DNA of 45,428 nt from an uncultured Candidatus Saccharibacteria bacterium. Lineage in GTDB: Bacteria > Patescibacteriota > Minisyncoccia > 2-02-FULL-40-12 > GWA2-44-9. Position numbers and translations under genes: made by a program. Of the stretch, positions 43,026-45,428 are shown piece after piece (the first letter of the stretch is position 1; the number at the start of each line of letters is the position of its first letter). The notes under the pieces were generated by a model. That model was not told where the DNA came from. It did not search any database and saw only the letters and a list, made by a program, of their open reading frames with translations. The stretch spans positions 1-45,428 of the forward strand of contig CAYSDF010000001.1 in assembly GCA_964429675.1 (NCBI GenBank), in the 5' to 3' direction.

Positions 43026-43617
43026 TATCCCGGCCCTCCCATGTGTGAACGGCTGCCCGCCATGATACCATTTTATTCTTACCTACCATCCAACCCTTAG
43101 ATTCGTAGAAACTATAGAATTTAGTGGGGTCTACTTTGTTATTACGAGATAAGCAATATTCTTTGATTTCTTCGATAGTAGGTGGAGAGAAAGGCGTTCT
43201 TCCCTCTTTCTCTTTTCTTCTCTTATTCTTGTCTGCAGTGTACTTTGGCGTTCCAAAGGCGTTCCTTTGGCGTTCCAAAGGCGTTCCTTTTGTGATAGCC
43301 TCTTTTTCTGAAATTCTCGTAAAGTTCGTTTTTTGTTCGAATTCTTCGAAAAAGTAGTAATCTTCAGTTTCTTTAAATTTCGGAAATGCTAACTTGACCT
43401 CTGCTAAAAAAGATTCGAAGATTGTAGGACGATAGTATTTTGAGTGGCATATTTGACGAAGCAGAGACGGATTTTTGGGTATTTTGTTGTACGTTTCCGC
43501 TGCAATTAGTATCAATTTGACATAAAGTAACTGAGCGCCCTCACTCATGGAGAACCATCGATAGTCATGTAAAAGACGTTTTTCGAGTTTAACAAAAATG
43601 ATATTTGCGTAGGGCAT
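42994..43617 (-). CDS. replication initiator / replisome-organizer-like protein (207 aa)
   Basis: Lies directly upstream of the helicase and contains the iteron array within its coding sequence. The C-terminus PTIEEIKEYC....VDPTKFYSFYESKGWMVGKNKMVSWRAAVHTWE is typical of phage replication-organizer C-termini. Confidence 0.5.
   Translation of the reverse strand: MPYANIIFVKLEKRLLHDYRWFSMSEGAQLLYVKLILIAAETYNKIPKNPSLLRQICHSKYYRPTIFESFLAEVKLAFPKFKETEDYYFFEEFEQKTNFTRISEKEAITKGTPLERQRNAFGTPKYTADKNKRRKEKEGRTPFSPPTIEEIKEYCLSRNNKVDPTKFYSFYESKGWMVGKNKMVSWRAAVHTWEGRDNEPTTTKFDN
43247..43287. repeat. four GGCGTTCC iterons at exact 11-bp spacing (candidate origin of replication)
   Basis: GGCGTTCC occurs at 43247, 43258, 43269 and 43280, separated alternately by AAA and TTT, giving a 22-bp unit repeated twice. 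Confidence 0.8.
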
Positions 43618-43628
43618 AGGGAAGGAAA

Positions 43629-43700
43629 ATCCGCTGTGCTAGGCTAGTGAGGGATAGGGCTCACTATTTACTCGGGCGGAGAACCTAGCGACAAGCGGAT
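43629..43700 (-). other. about 72-nt nested-helix element upstream of the replication gene (structured RNA leader or DNA structure)
   Basis: ATCCGCT (43629..35) pairs with AGCGGAT (43694..700). GCTAGG (43638..43) pairs with CCTAGC (43684..89). TAGTGAG (43645..51) pairs with CTCACTA (43660..66). All are perfect complements. Confidence 0.4.
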
Positions 43701-43703
43701 AAT

Positions 43704-43730
43704 AAAAAAGCCCGACGGATAAGGTCGAGC
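43704..43730 (-). terminator. intrinsic terminator on the minus strand
   Basis: The minus-strand RNA reads GCUCGAC-CUUAUCC-GUCGGGC-UUUUUU, a 7-bp stem with one G-U pair. That pair would be a C-A mismatch on the plus strand, which favours minus-strand function. Confidence 0.55.
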
Positions 43731-43777
43731 ATCAAATATTTCTTATCCATTTTTTCTCCGCCGAATTTCATGCACAC

Positions 43778-43806
43778 AATTTATCAAAGAGCCAAGCCTT
43801 TGTCAA
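43778..43806 (-). promoter_or_regulatory. sigma70-like promoter (TTGACA - 17 nt - TAAATT), part of the GCTTGACAAA motif
   Basis: -35 at 43801..43806 and -10 at 43778..43783 on the minus strand. Confidence 0.5.
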
Positions 43807-43815
43807 GCCTTATTC

Positions 43816-43980
43816 CTACTTTTTCCTATTGCCTTTTTTCATTCCGTGTTTCTTGGTGATAGCGTCGAGCTTGCCTTCATACACATATGAGAAATATGGT
43901 TCTTGCGGAAGGCTTTTACCGATGTTAAAATAGTAATAATGATGCGTGATGCGCTTTAATTCAGTGAGTAGATTTTTCAT
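43816..43980 (-). CDS. small basic protein (54 aa, below cutoff)
   Basis: Hand translation gives MKNLLTELKRITHHYYYFNIGKSLPQEPYFSYVYEGKLDAITKKHGMKKGNRKK. ATGA overlap with the upstream ORF. Confidence 0.4.
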   Translation of the reverse strand: MKNLLTELKRITHHYYYFNIGKSLPQEPYFSYVYEGKLDAITKKHGMKKGNRKK

Positions 43981-44165
43981 GTTTTATCTTCGTTGTTGTT
44001 CGTGATTCGGCGAGTAGTTTCTTGGGTAACTTGCCGCAAAGCAGTAGCTAAGAAACTTGATAAGACTATCAAATTACTAATGCTCAGGTGAGGTAAAACG
44101 GACGAAATAATTAATGATTGTTCTTTGATATAGCTAGAGACGTTGAAAGGTTTTTGTTCGTCCAT
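43977..44165 (-). CDS. small membrane protein (62 aa)
   Basis: Hydrophobic core LIISSVLPHLSISNLIVLSSFLATAL. TAATG overlap with the hydrolase gene. Confidence 0.5.
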   Translation of the reverse strand: MDEQKPFNVSSYIKEQSLIISSVLPHLSISNLIVLSSFLATALRQVTQETTRRITNNNEDKT

Positions 44166-44659
44166 TATTGACCTGCTTTCCGATAAAATGCAGTATGTCC
44201 TACTACGCTAGTCCGAGTATATTTCATACGTTCCATTTGCTTAATCCAAGATTTATCAACCAGCAAACTACCCCAAGAATCCGCGCCTTTGACCGTGCTC
44301 GTGCTCTTGGACATTTCCCAAGCCTTTTTTGCCATAACATCAATGCCCTTAAGTTTTAAGTAGGACATTTCTTTGGACAAATCAGCGTTGCAGCCATAGA
44401 CTCCCCTAAGAGTTTTACGGTTGCGAATGGCCTCAGCGTGGGCCAATAGAGACAAATATCCTTCGCTTCTCGCTTCCCCGAGAATGCAATGAATACCTGC
44501 TTCATCGGGTATCTCAGCGTGTGCCGGTACCACGCAAAACAAAATAGCCAGTAAAATAAGAGAGACAATAAAAGAGGCCCAAAGATAAGCGATTAGATTA
44601 ACTCGGGACCGGCCTTTTTCTAGTTCTTCCCATTGTTCATCGGTGGTTAGATTATTCAT
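44165..44659 (-). CDS. SleB/CwlJ-type (Hydrolase_2) cell-wall hydrolase with an N-terminal signal-anchor; endolysin candidate
   Basis: TM or signal segment LIAYLWASFIVSLILLAILFCVVPAHA, then ILGEARSEGYLSLLAHAEAIRNR, resembling the (A/G)EA(R/E)GE......V..V..NR motif of the Hydrolase_2 family. AAGGAG RBS. Confidence 0.5.
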   Translation of the reverse strand: MNNLTTDEQWEELEKGRSRVNLIAYLWASFIVSLILLAILFCVVPAHAEIPDEAGIHCILGEARSEGYLSLLAHAEAIRNRKTLRGVYGCNADLSKEMSYLKLKGIDVMAKKAWEMSKSTSTVKGADSWGSLLVDKSWIKQMERMKYTRTSVVGHTAFYRKAGQ

Positions 44660-44735
44660 TTTATCTCCTTTAAATAGGTTTTTCTTCCTGTTGATAAATT
44701 TTCCGTCATATAAGTTGATGTTTGATTACATCTAT

Positions 44736-44764
44736 AATATAGTCCAGTGCCTAACGTTTGTCAA
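44736..44764 (-). promoter_or_regulatory. sigma70-like leftward promoter (TTGACA - 17 nt - TATATT), part of the GCTTGACAAA motif
   Basis: -35 at 44759..44764 and -10 at 44736..44741. About 70 nt upstream of the first leftward gene. Confidence 0.55.
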
Positions 44765-44785
44765 GCATTATTTTAATAAATAATA

Positions 44786-44813
44786 TTGACTCATTTTAAG
44801 TTGATGATAGAAT
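44786..44813 (+). promoter_or_regulatory. sigma70-like rightward promoter (TTGACT - 16 nt - TAGAAT)
   Basis: -35 at 44786..44791 and -10 at 44808..44813. It sits back to back with the leftward promoter across an AT-rich spacer. Confidence 0.5.
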
Positions 44814-44832
44814 GAAAACTGGAGGAGGGTCA

Positions 44833-45090
44833 ATGCGCCGTTATCCAGCGACGGAAGACATAAAAGAAAGTGATGCCTCTAATGATACCTTTGGGTATCA
44901 GAATTTGTCGGTTAGAAAATTTAAAACAAACCGGTATTGTAAATATTGCGGAAAGAAATTATCCATCTACAATCCCAATCGTTCAGTCTGTCACTTACAT
45001 ATCACAAAAGATTTAATTTTACGTACAGACAAAGAACTCGCCAAACAACTTCAAAGACAAAGGGCATGGCACACAATAAACGATGACTAA
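44833..45090 (+). CDS. zinc-ribbon protein (85 aa), first gene of the rightward unit
   Basis: ATG after GGAGGAGGG. The ORF-track ATG at 44812 lies inside the putative -10 box. CKYCGKKL....CHLH. Its stop overlaps the terS start. Confidence 0.5.
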   Translation: MRRYPATEDIKESDASNDTFGYQNLSVRKFKTNRYCKYCGKKLSIYNPNRSVCHLHITKDLILRTDKELAKQLQRQRAWHTINDD

Positions 45091-45428
45091 TCCGCCCAAA
45101 GAAAATCAATCAGTCATTACAGACCAGCCTTTAAAGAATCCGATCAAAAAACCTCGCCGGCTCTCCTTGCGCCAAGAAAGATTCGCCCAAGAATATATTA
45201 AGAACAATGGTGACGCCACAAAGGCAGCAGAAATAGTTTATGCCCGGCCAAAGAATAACTCCAATAGGGCAATAGCAAGTGAAAACTTAACAAAGCCAGC
45301 CATTGTTAATCGTATATCTCAAATACTCAATGATAAGGGGTTAGACCTAGATAGTTTAAGCCTAGATTTAAGGGATAAGAAGAATAATGCATGTAGACCA
45401 GTGGTAGTAGGTAAGCAAATAATAGACT
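45083..45428 (+). CDS. terS: terminase small subunit, 5' portion (continues at 1..264)
   Basis: ATG at 45083 overlaps the upstream stop. The ORF is open to the window end. See the feature at 1..264. Confidence 0.75.
   Translation, partial: MTNPPKENQSVITDQPLKNPIKKPRRLSLRQERFAQEYIKNNGDATKAAEIVYARPKNNSNRAIASENLTKPAIVNRISQILNDKGLDLDSLSLDLRDKKNNACRPVVVGKQIID
45374..45428. repeat. 55-bp terminal overlap identical to 1..55 (circular-contig closure)
   Basis: Both ends read GATAAGAAGAATAATGCATGTAGACCAGTGGTAGTAGGTAAGCAAATAATAGACT. Confidence 0.95.

Noticed and set aside
45374-45428. Interpreting the 55-bp end duplication as a biological direct terminal repeat
   Set aside because: Its length equals a typical assembler k-mer and it interrupts the terS reading frame unless collapsed. 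It is treated as an assembly closure artefact pending read-terminus analysis.
1-45428. Search for integrase, repressor, tRNA, DNA/RNA polymerase, reverse transcriptase or DGR, and DNA methyltransferase
   Set aside because: No ORF showed the corresponding signatures by eye: no tyrosine or serine recombinase motifs, no T-arm GGTTCGAAT-type tRNA sequences in intergenic DNA, no YxDD. No lifestyle claim (temperate or lytic) is made, and absence by eye is not proof.

Overview
The window is a complete, circularly closed tailed-phage (Caudoviricetes) genome of about 45.37 kb. The last 55 bp (45374..45428) are identical to the first 55 bp, and the small-terminase ORF reads through that junction. Two divergent transcription units start at back-to-back sigma70-like promoters near 44.7-44.8 kb. 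The rightward unit (44833 -> wrap -> 29321, + strand) encodes terS, terL, portal, scaffold, major capsid, a long fibre and receptor-binding block, a holin plus overlapped spanin cassette, more virion proteins and Gln/Gly-rich internal proteins. The leftward unit (44659 -> 29375, - strand) starts with a membrane-anchored SleB-like hydrolase. It continues with a compact replication module: an initiator carrying internal iterons, a DnaB-like helicase, a Cas4-like PD-(D/E)XK nuclease and NinG. After that come many tiny ORFs, then a ~7 kb glycan-biosynthesis island. I saw no integrase, repressor, DNA or RNA polymerase, tRNA or CRISPR array. The main result is the glycosylation content. Seven GT-A-like glycosyltransferase paralogues are present, five in the leftward island and two embedded among capsid and fibre genes. 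The island also holds an NDP-sugar 4,6-dehydratase-like SDR, a TylC3-type sugar C-methyltransferase split at an A6 homopolymer, and a secreted PEP-CTERM (exosortase-sorted) protein. Other notable items are a six-copy TGTCGTGACAA array plus a G-tract between terS and terL (candidate packaging site), and four 11-bp-phased GGCGTTCC iterons inside the replication gene. There is also a promoter/mini-ORF/terminator/structured element ahead of the replication genes, and Sec-type signal peptides on two large fibre or beta-helix proteins. All functional calls rest on motif recognition by eye and on gene context. No database search, GC calculation or folding calculation was run.
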